From contig CAVTRN010000002.1 of the NCBI GenBank assembly GCA_963737155.1, forward strand, positions 992,001-1,056,000: a stretch of DNA of 64,000 nucleotides. The letters run 5' to 3'. This document shows, one piece after another, positions 31,031 through 40,810 of this stretch. The position numbers and the translations under genes were made by a program. The notes under the pieces were generated by a model. The model searched no databases. It saw nothing but the letters and a program-made list of their open reading frames with translations, and had not been told where the DNA came from. How positions within the stretch are numbered: the stretch's first letter is position 1; the number at the start of each line of letters is the position of its first letter. The stretch comes from Nitrospirota bacterium. GTDB lineage: Bacteria > Nitrospirota > UBA9217.

Positions 31031-32679
31031 TAACTAAAGAATCAAAAGCTTCTCAAAATGGGTAGAACAATTTGGTGAATATGCATTAAACATGCGCCAG
31101 TTGCGGGATTACAGACATATTTCGGATGGTCAATCCCGCAGCGATAACAGCCTTGCCGAGTTTTGAAACGTAGTACTTGTATGTTTTTCCGACTTTCCGA
31201 ATAATGCCGTGGACGTGAAGCCGTTTCAGAATTCTCGTCATGGTACTGCTCGTCACGGATGGCAGCTGTTTTCGTAGAGATTTATTCTGAAGTCCGTTGA
31301 TGTTGAACTCGCCGCGGGCGAGAACCTCGAACAGTTTGAGATCATCGTCGCTGAAGAGATTGAAGCCCTTGTAGGAACGGTCGCCTGTTTCCACGGTCTT
31401 TGAAATTTTATCAAGGTTATTGATTCCCGCGCTTTGGTCGTCGAACGTGGAGATGAACTCAAGATAACGGCGGTTCGAGGCCTTGAAGATCGCCGTAAGG
31501 TCAAACAGGCTGTAGATGTTCTTCTTCATGGGTGCGTTCTTGTGGACAGGATCTCCGATCCGCGACTGGACTTCCCGATAGTGCTTGAACTCCGAGACGT
31601 CGTTGGTCGTGGTCTCAATCCGGAGGATGCTGCCGAACTTGTCGTACATCTTGATGGATGAAGCGCCCATATGGTGCTTGATCCGTGTTCCCTGAATTCG
31701 GGTGTTGAAGTTGTTGCCCATTTCGCCTTGATAATTGCCGTGGAGCTTCCGACCCAGAAAGGTCGCGATATTCTCCGGTTTCACGGAGTGAATGGCGGTT
31801 CGAACGATTTGCTCATACAACGTGTGCAGGTCCGATTGCTTCTTGAAAACGATGTCGGTGGCATATTCCACCTGCATAGTGCTCCAGTGGTAGGTAAGTC
31901 CGTACCCGTTACCGACCGGGCAGTATTGTTTAGCGAATCTGTCCAGTGCATGGTGTAAGTCCGACACCTTGATGCTGTCAGAAAGCTCCTGGGCTTTGGG
32001 AAAATTATCGATAGAGAGAAACGCGTTCTCCCGAAGAACATAGGGGATTTTCTTTTTTGCCAATTTCGCCGCCAGCCAGTTGTGGCCGTTCATATAGAAC
32101 TGGAGCCGGAACGGTGCCCAGGTGGGAACGCGGAGGTAGCACAGGCCGAACGTCTTGTCGATGAAGTAGAAGTAATAGTGGAGACACTTTCCGGAATCAT
32201 ACTTGAGAAAGGTCTTGCCGGTGTTTTTGTCGTGCCAGGGTTTGTAGCTGGTGCAGGCTTCCATGGCCGAGAAGATATGAACAAGGCCGGGTTGCTCGCC
32301 ACGCGCTTTGATGATTTCTTTGATCCGAGCCTCTTTACGGAACGCACCCAGCTTGCGGATGAACTCGATCTCAATGCTGTTCTCATTCGCGAGGCCCTCA
32401 GCGTTCTCCCGGACTTTTTCCTGAAGCGCTTTGGCGAACTGGGCATAATCGAAAATCTTGATCTGTCGGGCATAGAGGAATGCCGTCATCCCCTTATCGA
32501 AGCACCAGCCGGGCAGCGTGCCCTGCATGATCATGCGGTCATAGCAGGATAGTGAACCGGCTATTTTATCTTGGTAGCGTTCAGGAATCATCATAGCAAC
32601 CTCCATGACTACAATGAGTAGAGCCTTCATTGTATCATGGTTTTTATAAAACCTCTTGGTTCCGGCTTGTCCGGGTTAG
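31031..32679 (-). mobile_element. Unclassified TIR-less IS-like element inserted at TTAG
   Basis: TTAG at both junctions (31027-31030 and 32676-32679); removing it restores the host IS1380 IRR; short hairpins at both ends; single ~502 aa ORF. Confidence 0.75.
31086..32594 (-). CDS. Putative transposase of the TTAG-targeting element, with C-terminal winged HTH
   Basis: ATG 32594 after GGAGG; LSCYDR, CLHYYFY, QVEYATDIVF, IKMYDK...LRIETT, LKRLHVHGIIRKVG.TYKYY; fills the element. Confidence 0.75.
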   Translation of the reverse strand: MMIPERYQDKIAGSLSCYDRMIMQGTLPGWCFDKGMTAFLYARQIKIFDYAQFAKALQEKVRENAEGLANENSIEIEFIRKLGAFRKEARIKEIIKARGEQPGLVHIFSAMEACTSYKPWHDKNTGKTFLKYDSGKCLHYYFYFIDKTFGLCYLRVPTWAPFRLQFYMNGHNWLAAKLAKKKIPYVLRENAFLSIDNFPKAQELSDSIKVSDLHHALDRFAKQYCPVGNGYGLTYHWSTMQVEYATDIVFKKQSDLHTLYEQIVRTAIHSVKPENIATFLGRKLHGNYQGEMGNNFNTRIQGTRIKHHMGASSIKMYDKFGSILRIETTTNDVSEFKHYREVQSRIGDPVHKNAPMKKNIYSLFDLTAIFKASNRRYLEFISTFDDQSAGINNLDKISKTVETGDRSYKGFNLFSDDDLKLFEVLARGEFNINGLQNKSLRKQLPSVTSSTMTRILKRLHVHGIIRKVGKTYKYYVSKLGKAVIAAGLTIRNMSVIPQLAHV

Positions 32680-33402
32680 GATAAATAGTATATGATCTCC
32701 CACTCCGCAGCTCGTTGAGTTCATCATTGGCAGAGAGCAAGCAATGCGGAGGTTCGTCTGGGTACCAATAGAGAGAACGTATCTAAAGATAGCTATATGT
32801 TCAGATGCGTTCTTTACGGTATATGCGATAACCAACATTATGTAAACGATGCTTTACTTAATTCTTTTGACATTGGAGTTTACCCATCAATCACCGCTAA
32901 AATCGAAGGCAAAAAATGATCATCACAGCTGACTGCGAAACACGCCTGTGCCAAATGTATCGGGGAAAATTCTGGTGGCAGCGAGTACACGGGGGGGAAC
33001 AAGGAAACAGATGTGACGATTGACGGGAAACCCGTGAACATTGGTGTATGCGTATATCAAGAAGTCAGAGCAGGCATGTTGATATTCGCGATGTAAGCTT
33101 GAAATCCATACTTTGCGTTGAGTAGCGGATTTCACTAGGTAATCGTTCTGAAACGGTCGGAAGTCAAACCGGAATGCTTTCAGTCCAACATGATTGCCAT
33201 TTATGATATGTACGGATATAATAAGCCATGAAGTACTTGACCAAGATGCAATAGAACAACGTAAGGCTTACGAGTCAGGTATTAGTTGAGATTAAAAGAA
33301 TCGGCGAATATAAAACCTTCAATCCTAACATGATCGATCTTTTTATATCAGCGTGCCGGGTCTTTTTGGAAATGCTTATCAAAGTAGTGTGATGGGGTCT
33401 GG

Positions 33403-34896
33403 ATGCTAGAAGAGAAACATCCCATTCAACAGATGCTGGTGCCACTGTCACTAACTGTGATTGTGTTTTATATTCTGCGCAGATCGACAGTTGCCGACCC
33501 CGACCTTTGGGGTTACATGACCTTCGGGCGGCTTATCTGGGATTATAGAACTTTTCCCTATCAAGATATATTTACCTATTTGCCGACACACGATCGATGG
33601 ATATACCACGAGTGGCTTACGGGCGTGTGTTTGTATCCCATATACAAGTTCACCGGCGGTTTCGGGCTTGTCGTCTTTAGAGATCTGCTCGCTTTCGCTA
33701 CTTTGGGCTTTCTCTATCTCGCAGCTCGCATCCGGAAAAGCAGCAGCGCCAGCGCGCTATTATGGCTCGTGTTAGTTTCTCAATTTTTGAAAATCGGATT
33801 CGGTACAGTGCTTCGGGCACAAACCTTCACGTATTTATTTGTTGCCGTAACGGTATATCTTTTGGAAAGATCGCGCCAGAAAGGACAATGGTTTCTCTTG
33901 TTTATCCTTGTCCCCATCCAGATTGTCTGGTGCAATCTGCATGGGGGCTTCTTGGCAGGCCTTGGCATAATCGCTATTTACACTGTAGGGGAAGCTTTTT
34001 CGCGCCGGACATGGCGGCCGTATCTCCTGGTTTTCCTATTATCGGTTTTGTCGACGCTTATCAACCCGTATGGTGTTGACTATTGGACTTACCTATTCCA
34101 TGCAGTTACCTTGCCTCGCAGAGAGATTACGGAGTGGGCTTCTCTCTTTACCGCTTACGGACAACACAGTATTCCCCTTGTCCAAATCATTTGGTATGCG
34201 TGTTTGGGGATCTTGTCGTTGAGGATACTTGTCAAGGCGCGCTGGCGTGAGATTACCCCCATAATGATCCTGTCCGGAACCTTTCTTTTAGGTATACAAC
34301 ATTGGCGTCACATGGTGTTCTTTCCGATGCTTGCCGCTGTGTATCTCCCTGAACCATTTCAGCCCCATATTGAGGATCTGAAAATGCAATTGTCAAAAGT
34401 CCGGATATGGCTAAAAGAAAAGGTTCCAGTTGCCTTCGTTGGCTCAAGACAAATGACTACTATCTTCATAGCGATCCTAATCTTCCTTATCTGTGTTTTT
34501 ACTGGCTCGTCTTCTTTCTCACTTATGATTCCGACACAGGGAAAAGGACAGATTATGTACTATCCGACCGGTGCGATGGAATATATGAAGAAACACTATT
34601 CATCAGGCAACATCCTGACCATCCTTGAATGGGGGGAATACTTGATCTGGAACCTTGGACCGCGTATGAAGGTTGGGTTGGACGGCCGATATGAAACAGT
34701 CTACCAGGACCATGTGGCAAATGAATACTTTGATTATATCAGCGGCAAGAAAAATGGTTTTCTTGATGCCTATGCTCATGAGTTGGTGTTGTTCAGGCCT
34801 GATACTCCTCCTGTCGCTTCCCTTCAGCATAATCCTGATTGGAACGTTGTCTATAAGGATACGGACAGCATTCTATTTACAAGAGTTAGACGCTGA
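33403..34896 (+). CDS. Polytopic membrane protein, possible GT-C-fold glycosyltransferase
   Basis: First-loop DPDLW...GR, HEWL, W.NLHGGF, NPYG, EW, periplasmic C-terminal WGEYL...DGRYE; many TM segments. Confidence 0.6.
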   Translation: MLEEKHPIQQMLVPLSLTVIVFYILRRSTVADPDLWGYMTFGRLIWDYRTFPYQDIFTYLPTHDRWIYHEWLTGVCLYPIYKFTGGFGLVVFRDLLAFATLGFLYLAARIRKSSSASALLWLVLVSQFLKIGFGTVLRAQTFTYLFVAVTVYLLERSRQKGQWFLLFILVPIQIVWCNLHGGFLAGLGIIAIYTVGEAFSRRTWRPYLLVFLLSVLSTLINPYGVDYWTYLFHAVTLPRREITEWASLFTAYGQHSIPLVQIIWYACLGILSLRILVKARWREITPIMILSGTFLLGIQHWRHMVFFPMLAAVYLPEPFQPHIEDLKMQLSKVRIWLKEKVPVAFVGSRQMTTIFIAILIFLICVFTGSSSFSLMIPTQGKGQIMYYPTGAMEYMKKHYSSGNILTILEWGEYLIWNLGPRMKVGLDGRYETVYQDHVANEYFDYISGKKNGFLDAYAHELVLFRPDTPPVASLQHNPDWNVVYKDTDSILFTRVRR

Positions 34897-35025
34897 CATT
34901 CTTCAAGGTTGGCGCTCTATGTACTAAAATCGCGTCGTCTAACGACTTTTTTTATGCAATATTAGGGTCAATAAGAAACAGTCGCTTCCAATCGCTATCA
35001 ATAATTGTCCGAAGGAATCAAAAAC

Positions 35026-38010
35026 ATGTACTGGTTAGTATTAACTTTGTTTTTCTTCTCAGGAGTTTGCGGACTAATTTACGAAGTTGTCTGGTCCAGA
35101 ATGATGCAGGTAATTTTAGGCAGGAGCACGCTTGCTATTGGAATCGTCCTCGCAGCCTTCATGTCGGGTCTTGCGCTCGGCAGCTATTTAATCGGGAAAT
35201 ACTCTGACCGGAGCCGGAACTCCCTGCGGCTCTATGCCTTTTATGAGATTGGCACCGGTCTTGCTGCTTTTGTCGCAACGTTCCTGCTGGGCAGGTTAAT
35301 CCCGCTCAATGTCTGGGCGCATACAAATTTTGGTAATTCACCACTGGTGCTTGCCATTTGTCAATTTTTGATCGCGTTGACCCCTCTAATGATCCCGACT
35401 ATCCTGATGGGTGCTACGCTGCCGATCCTCTCCCGTATCGTTGTCACGCAGCTGTCCAAGGTTGAACGAGACCTGGGGCGCCTCTATGCCATTAATACAG
35501 TCGGAGCGGTGATCGGAAGTCTCGCGTCCGGCTTCTTCCTCATCAAACATCTCGGTGTGCATGGTGCAGTTTATTTTGCCGTTATCGGTAATTTAGCCGT
35601 AGGAGCGCTTGCCTGGCTTGCCTCGGCACGGAGCGACATTTTGAATGCCGCTTCTCCTGCTTCTCTATCAGAAAGTTCCATCCAGCCCCCTCCCATGGAT
35701 GCGCCGACTCGGCGAAAATTCCGGATCATACTCGGGGTATTTGCCCTCTCCGGTTTTGCATCGTTTGCCTATGAGGTCTTCTGGACCCGCTCACTTGTTT
35801 TCCTTATGGGGAACACAACCTACGCCTTCTCTTTGATGCTTACAGCATTTCTGTCGGGGATTGCCCTCGGCGGATACGGGATACGTTTCGTCGCAGAGAG
35901 GTTCAGGAATCCCCTGCGTTTGTTCGCGATAATCGAGGTCCTCATCGGGATCTTTTCAGCTGCGTCTCTACCTCTACTCTTTTCCATCGTGCAGTCTGCC
36001 GTCATTAGGGCGATTATTTATCTTATGTCCGGTCATCTCGGGTTGCTTGCTTTGTCGGATTTCGGGGTTGCGCTAGTCATTATGCTCGTGCCCGCTACTC
36101 TGATCGGGGCAACTTTTCCTTTAATGGGGCGGGTATTCCTCGACGACCTGACGAATACCGGTACTACTGTGGGGAAGGTCTACGCTGTCAATACGGTTGG
36201 CAACGTTTTGGGAGCGCTGCTCTCTGGTCTCCTGATCCTGCCGCTGATGGGCATACAGAAAGGCATCCTTCTCATGGCTACCCTGAATATATTCCTGGGT
36301 ATCGTAATTGCGTTCTCCCGCCGGAAAAACGCTCTGGCAACGACAGCTGCAACTACGATCGTATTCATCGTTCTTGCTCTGGGCCTGTTCCGTACGTCAA
36401 TTAATTTCCAGTTCCCGTCGGAGAAACAAACACAACAAGATGCAGTACTTTTTTACAAGGAAGGGAGCCTTGTAACAACAAAAGTATGGACCAGCACCGA
36501 ACTCGATGACAAGATTATGAGCATCGACGGAATCAATATCGGGGGGACGGAAAACACCGATTACAAGCAGCAAATTTTGGCGCATCTGCCGAAACTATTG
36601 TTAAAATCCTACCGCTCAGAACTTTCAATCGGGCTAGGTTCGGGCATTTTGGCCGGTGAAAGTACCCGCCATGCAGGGCTGCAGAGAATGGTGTGTGTTG
36701 AGCTCGCCCGCGGTGTCGTCGAAGGAGCCCGTTACTTTTCGGAAGAAAATTTCAACATTGTCAAAAATCCCCGCGCCTGCATAGTCATCGATGATGTCAT
36801 CAATTTCCTCCATATGACAAAGGAGCGGTATGATATTATTTCTGCTGACGAAAAAACAGCGCGCCAGTATGCATCAAATTCGATGTCATACTCGAAAGAT
36901 TACTATATGCTCCTGATGCAGCATCTCACCCCCGGCGGGCTCGTCATCCAGTGGGTGCCAACGGACCTTCCATCATCCCAGTATGCCTTGGCAATAAGGA
37001 CTTTTCTCGATGCCTTCCCCCACGTGATGCTCTGGTATTTTCCGCCAGTCGGAAGATCTAACTTTACCAACACCTTTCTCGTAGGCTCCAACAAACACAT
37101 CGACATAGATCCCTCCTGGATGCGTCAGGAACTGGAAACAAATCCTGTGTCGTTTCAAGGTATTCGCAAATATGGCTTGACAACGGCCGATTCAATATTG
37201 GCTCATTTTATTGCCTCCGAAGAAACCTTGCGGCGAGCCATTCCACCTGGGCCGATAAACAGCTTCGAAATGCCTATCTATGAGTTCTATTCTCCCAGGG
37301 ACTATGCTACCCCCCGGCAGGAGAGAGAACTTACCAACCATGAGTGGCTGCTGTCTTTCCGTGGACAGGATTACGACAGATTTGTGGCAAAAGATACCAC
37401 AAGCCCTAATGCTGCCCATCTGAATGCGGCATTTCAGGCAGAAGGTGTTTTTCTCAAGGGACACGCCCTTGAGTTAAAAGGATGGAAAGATCCTACGCTG
37501 GTTCCGTATTACGAGCAGGCCATTGGTATGGCACCATGGGATATGAACCTGCGTAATGAAGTCGCCATCTCCTTCTATATCTTTGCCAAGGAATGCGCCG
37601 CGCGTGGTGATTATCCCAGAGCAGCAACATACTTTCGTCGTGCGACAGAGATATTCCCTGAGAGCCCCGAGTTTCATTATCAATACGGAGTGATGATGCT
37701 CCAGTTTATGAACAATGCGAACCCGAGCATCAAGGAGTTTCAACAAGCCTTATCGTTGAACCCAAGCTTCGTGCCTGCACTTCGGAGTTTAGGTGCAATT
37801 TATGCATCCCTCGGGAATATGGACAAGGCCCTTGAGCTATGGCAAAAAGCCCTTGCGCTTAACCCGAATGATGTAATTGCTCTCATCTTCAATGGGCAAT
37901 ATCTCATGAAGCATACGGGGAGTTCGGAGGAGGGGATGGAATACCTCCGGAGGGCGTACAGTCTGGCACCTAAAAACCCCACTGTACTCAAAGCGTATCA
38001 ACTTCTTTAA
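35026..38010 (+). CDS. Fused membrane domain / spermidine synthase-like SAM-binding domain / TPR protein
   Basis: SG..GLIYEVVW.R and LYAINTVGA repeated twice; IGLGSG, VEL, YDII, L.PGG...QW; C-terminal TPRs. Confidence 0.85.
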   Translation: MYWLVLTLFFFSGVCGLIYEVVWSRMMQVILGRSTLAIGIVLAAFMSGLALGSYLIGKYSDRSRNSLRLYAFYEIGTGLAAFVATFLLGRLIPLNVWAHTNFGNSPLVLAICQFLIALTPLMIPTILMGATLPILSRIVVTQLSKVERDLGRLYAINTVGAVIGSLASGFFLIKHLGVHGAVYFAVIGNLAVGALAWLASARSDILNAASPASLSESSIQPPPMDAPTRRKFRIILGVFALSGFASFAYEVFWTRSLVFLMGNTTYAFSLMLTAFLSGIALGGYGIRFVAERFRNPLRLFAIIEVLIGIFSAASLPLLFSIVQSAVIRAIIYLMSGHLGLLALSDFGVALVIMLVPATLIGATFPLMGRVFLDDLTNTGTTVGKVYAVNTVGNVLGALLSGLLILPLMGIQKGILLMATLNIFLGIVIAFSRRKNALATTAATTIVFIVLALGLFRTSINFQFPSEKQTQQDAVLFYKEGSLVTTKVWTSTELDDKIMSIDGINIGGTENTDYKQQILAHLPKLLLKSYRSELSIGLGSGILAGESTRHAGLQRMVCVELARGVVEGARYFSEENFNIVKNPRACIVIDDVINFLHMTKERYDIISADEKTARQYASNSMSYSKDYYMLLMQHLTPGGLVIQWVPTDLPSSQYALAIRTFLDAFPHVMLWYFPPVGRSNFTNTFLVGSNKHIDIDPSWMRQELETNPVSFQGIRKYGLTTADSILAHFIASEETLRRAIPPGPINSFEMPIYEFYSPRDYATPRQERELTNHEWLLSFRGQDYDRFVAKDTTSPNAAHLNAAFQAEGVFLKGHALELKGWKDPTLVPYYEQAIGMAPWDMNLRNEVAISFYIFAKECAARGDYPRAATYFRRATEIFPESPEFHYQYGVMMLQFMNNANPSIKEFQQALSLNPSFVPALRSLGAIYASLGNMDKALELWQKALALNPNDVIALIFNGQYLMKHTGSSEEGMEYLRRAYSLAPKNPTVLKAYQLL

Positions 38011-38636
38011 TGATCGAAGAAAAACATTTAACCATGTAGTTGCAAGTTTTTTTCACCCGTGAGACTAGGCCAAAATAACGAAATTTGATTGCTGGGAAAA
38101 CTGGCAACAGAATAGAGGAAGGTCTTCTACCACCAGCAGCACCAACAGGCAAGACCCTGGTCTTGCTTCACGACCTGGTTGATTGGATGCTGGTTAGCAA
38201 TAAAAGTTTACCGTAGTACGTATGTCTACGTCGTAAAATATATGCCATGATCATCCAAATTGCACTTTGAATGTCTTGATCCATAGTATATATGCAGTGT
38301 TCTTATTTGAGGGCGTCTAATTTGGCTAAAAGCGCAAGCTTAATATTCTGTGCAAGAAGATACACGAGAAAGCCAATTGTATCTTCGAGATTCCTGATTT
38401 ATATAGGATGCGATTGCATGCTGGATTTATCGGTTGCTCTTTGGGCAGAAGATGGGCCTGTATTCGGAATAGCCAAAGTCATCGGATCACGATGTTATCC
38501 TTATGTCTTGGAATAATGAAATTCTGGGGAATGTTCTGGAGTTATTATAGTTGACATGATCAGGGAATAAATATAATATAAATAGTTAACTCCAACGTAG
38601 TAGTACAATAAATGTAATACAATAAATTTCATTTTT

Positions 38637-38721
38637 GCAGGTATGGCGGAATTGGTAGACGCGCCAGACTTAGGATCTGGTGGGTTCCCCCGTCCGAGTT
38701 CGAGTCTCGGTACCTGCACCA
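38637..38721 (+). tRNA. tRNA-Leu(TAG)
   Basis: Anticodon arm CCAGA-CTTAGGA-TCTGG, long variable arm, CCA. Confidence 0.96.
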
Positions 38722-38886
38722 TAATTCGCAGGGAATTGCTTAGTCATAAGCCCAGCTGCATTGTTAAACCACAGTTCAACGTTCAGAGTTTAAAATTTTT
38801 GCATCAAATCCCAGCTCACTCCACGACACTGCAAAGCACTTGAGACCCTTGAGGCTCTAGTAATTCTCTGATAAGGTGGTAGCGAA

Positions 38887-40167
38887 ATGAAGTCGACTAT
38901 CGAAGACATCAGCTCAGTAAAGAAAAAACTGCATATTCAGGTTACTCCCGATGCAATTGCGGAGGAGATGGTAAAAGCGGTGGCTGATACGGCAAAGAAG
39001 GCGAAAATCCCCGGTTTCCGTCCTGGTAAGGCGCCCAAGGCCGTTGTAGAGCGGCATTACGCGACGGAGATCGAGGCCGAGGTAATGAATAAACTCATTA
39101 CTGCTTCCTATTTGCAGGCCCTTCAGGAGCACAATCTCAATCCGGTGGATGTGCCGAACATTACCAATATTTCCCCCTTTGACAAAGCGGCGCCTCTAAA
39201 CTTTACCGCAGTTGTCGAGGTCCGGCCGAACATTGAACTAGGCGTCTACGAGGGCATTGAGGTTAAGGACGAGAATGTCACGGTGAGCGATGATGAGGTG
39301 AACCAGACCATTGACCACCTCCGCGACATGTACGCGCAACTCGAGGTAGTGGAGGGCCGGCCTGTAGAGAAAAATGACACGGCGATCATCGATTTCGAAG
39401 GGTTCCGTGACGGGAAAGCAATCGAGGGGGCCAAAGCCGTTGATTATATGCTGTCGCTCGGATCGAACAGCCTTATCCCCGGGTTCGAAGAACAGTTAGT
39501 GGGAATGACTCGTGGCGAGACCCGTACGCTCAATATTGCCTTCCCCGCGGACTACAATAATAAGGAATTGGCAGGCAAGGATGCTCAGTTTACCGTCACG
39601 CTGAAGGAAATCAAAAAGAAGGTGTTGCCAGAAGTGAACGATGAGTTCGCAAAGGATATCGGCGACAACAAGTCTGTGGAAGAACTGAAGGAAGGCATCA
39701 AAAAAGACATCGAGATTCGCAAGAAAAATGAACTTGCGTCAAGCCAGCGCGAGGCGATTCTATCAAATCTTGTGGATGCCCATACGTTCGATGTTCCGGC
39801 CGGCATGGTGGAACGGGAGTTTCAGTCCATGGCGCGATCGCAGGCCACTCAGATGGCGAAGCGCGGCGTGGACGTGAAATCGTTTGATTTTGCGAAATTC
39901 CGTGAGGAGAACAAGGATTTGGCTGTGAAACGGGTGAAAGGCATCCTGCTCCTCGACCAGATCGCGGAAAAGGAAAAGATCGACGTCACTGACGAAGAGG
40001 TGAATTCGGCGCTTGCCGTAATGGCGCGCGGTGCTGGCCAGAGCATTGCCGAGGTCAAAAAATACTATGAATCGCTCGAAGGCGGACTGGATAACCTGCG
40101 GTATTCCCTTATCCGCGAGAGGACTCTCAGTCTCTTGCTTTCGCGGGCGAAGAAGAGCTATAATTGA
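38887..40167 (+). CDS. tig: Trigger factor
   Basis: IPGFRPGKAP signature, FKBP domain LIPGFEEQLVG. Confidence 0.97.
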   Translation: MKSTIEDISSVKKKLHIQVTPDAIAEEMVKAVADTAKKAKIPGFRPGKAPKAVVERHYATEIEAEVMNKLITASYLQALQEHNLNPVDVPNITNISPFDKAAPLNFTAVVEVRPNIELGVYEGIEVKDENVTVSDDEVNQTIDHLRDMYAQLEVVEGRPVEKNDTAIIDFEGFRDGKAIEGAKAVDYMLSLGSNSLIPGFEEQLVGMTRGETRTLNIAFPADYNNKELAGKDAQFTVTLKEIKKKVLPEVNDEFAKDIGDNKSVEELKEGIKKDIEIRKKNELASSQREAILSNLVDAHTFDVPAGMVEREFQSMARSQATQMAKRGVDVKSFDFAKFREENKDLAVKRVKGILLLDQIAEKEKIDVTDEEVNSALAVMARGAGQSIAEVKKYYESLEGGLDNLRYSLIRERTLSLLLSRAKKSYN

Positions 40168-40185
40168 AGAAAGAAAGGAATACTA

Positions 40186-40791
40186 ATGTCTCTCATCCCC
40201 ATAGTTGTTGAACAGACAAGCCGTGGCGAGCGCGCATACGATATTTACTCACGTTTGCTGAAGGACAGGATCATATTTCTGGGCACACCCATTGATGATG
40301 TAGTCGCCAATACCGTTATTGCACAGCTTCTGTTTCTGGATGCAGACGATCCGGACAAGGATATTTACATTTATATCAACTCGCCGGGAGGTATTGTCAC
40401 GGCGGGCCTTGCCATCTATGACACCATGAATTACCTTAAGTCGCCGGTTTCGACCATCTGCATTGGCCAGGCGGCGAGCATGGGCGCCTTGTTACTGGCG
40501 GCCGGCACGAAAGGAAAACGGTTCTCCCTGCCTCATTCACGCATCATGATTCATCAACCCATGGGTGGTTTCCAGGGGCAGGCTACCGACATCGAGATTC
40601 ATGCAAGGGAAATTCTGAAACTGAAGGAAACACTGAATACAATCCTGGCAAATCACACCGGTCAGCCGATCGAGAAGATCCAGAATGATACAGATCGTGA
40701 TTTTTTTATGTCCGGAGAGGACGCCAAGACCTATGGTATCGTCGATGAGGTCATCACGAAGATCAAATCGCGGACCGCGAAGGAGAAGTAA
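40186..40791 (+). CDS. clpP: ATP-dependent Clp protease proteolytic subunit
   Basis: [31 protein letters not shown]. Confidence 0.98.
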   Translation: MSLIPIVVEQTSRGERAYDIYSRLLKDRIIFLGTPIDDVVANTVIAQLLFLDADDPDKDIYIYINSPGGIVTAGLAIYDTMNYLKSPVSTICIGQAASMGALLLAAGTKGKRFSLPHSRIMIHQPMGGFQGQATDIEIHAREILKLKETLNTILANHTGQPIEKIQNDTDRDFFMSGEDAKTYGIVDEVITKIKSRTAKEK

Positions 40792-40810
40792 GTAAAGGAG
40801 AAGTAAACCT

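Larger units (their letters stand above)
27443..32680 (+). mobile_element. IS1380-family element (about 1635 bp when reconstructed) carrying two nested insertions
   Basis: IRL CCTATAAACGGCAGTT at 27443; reconstructed IRR AGCTGCTCTTTTTAG|G (12/16 match); ATAAA direct repeat at 27438-27442 and 32681-32685. Confidence 0.8.

Noticed and set aside
33190-33290. Short ORF MIAIYDMYG...AYESGIS as a second cyclase remnant
   Set aside because: Similarity is too short and weak to support
38010-38636. attR duplicate of the tRNA-Lys 3' end at the island's right boundary
   Set aside because: No recognisable copy of TTCACGGCTCACCA seen by eye
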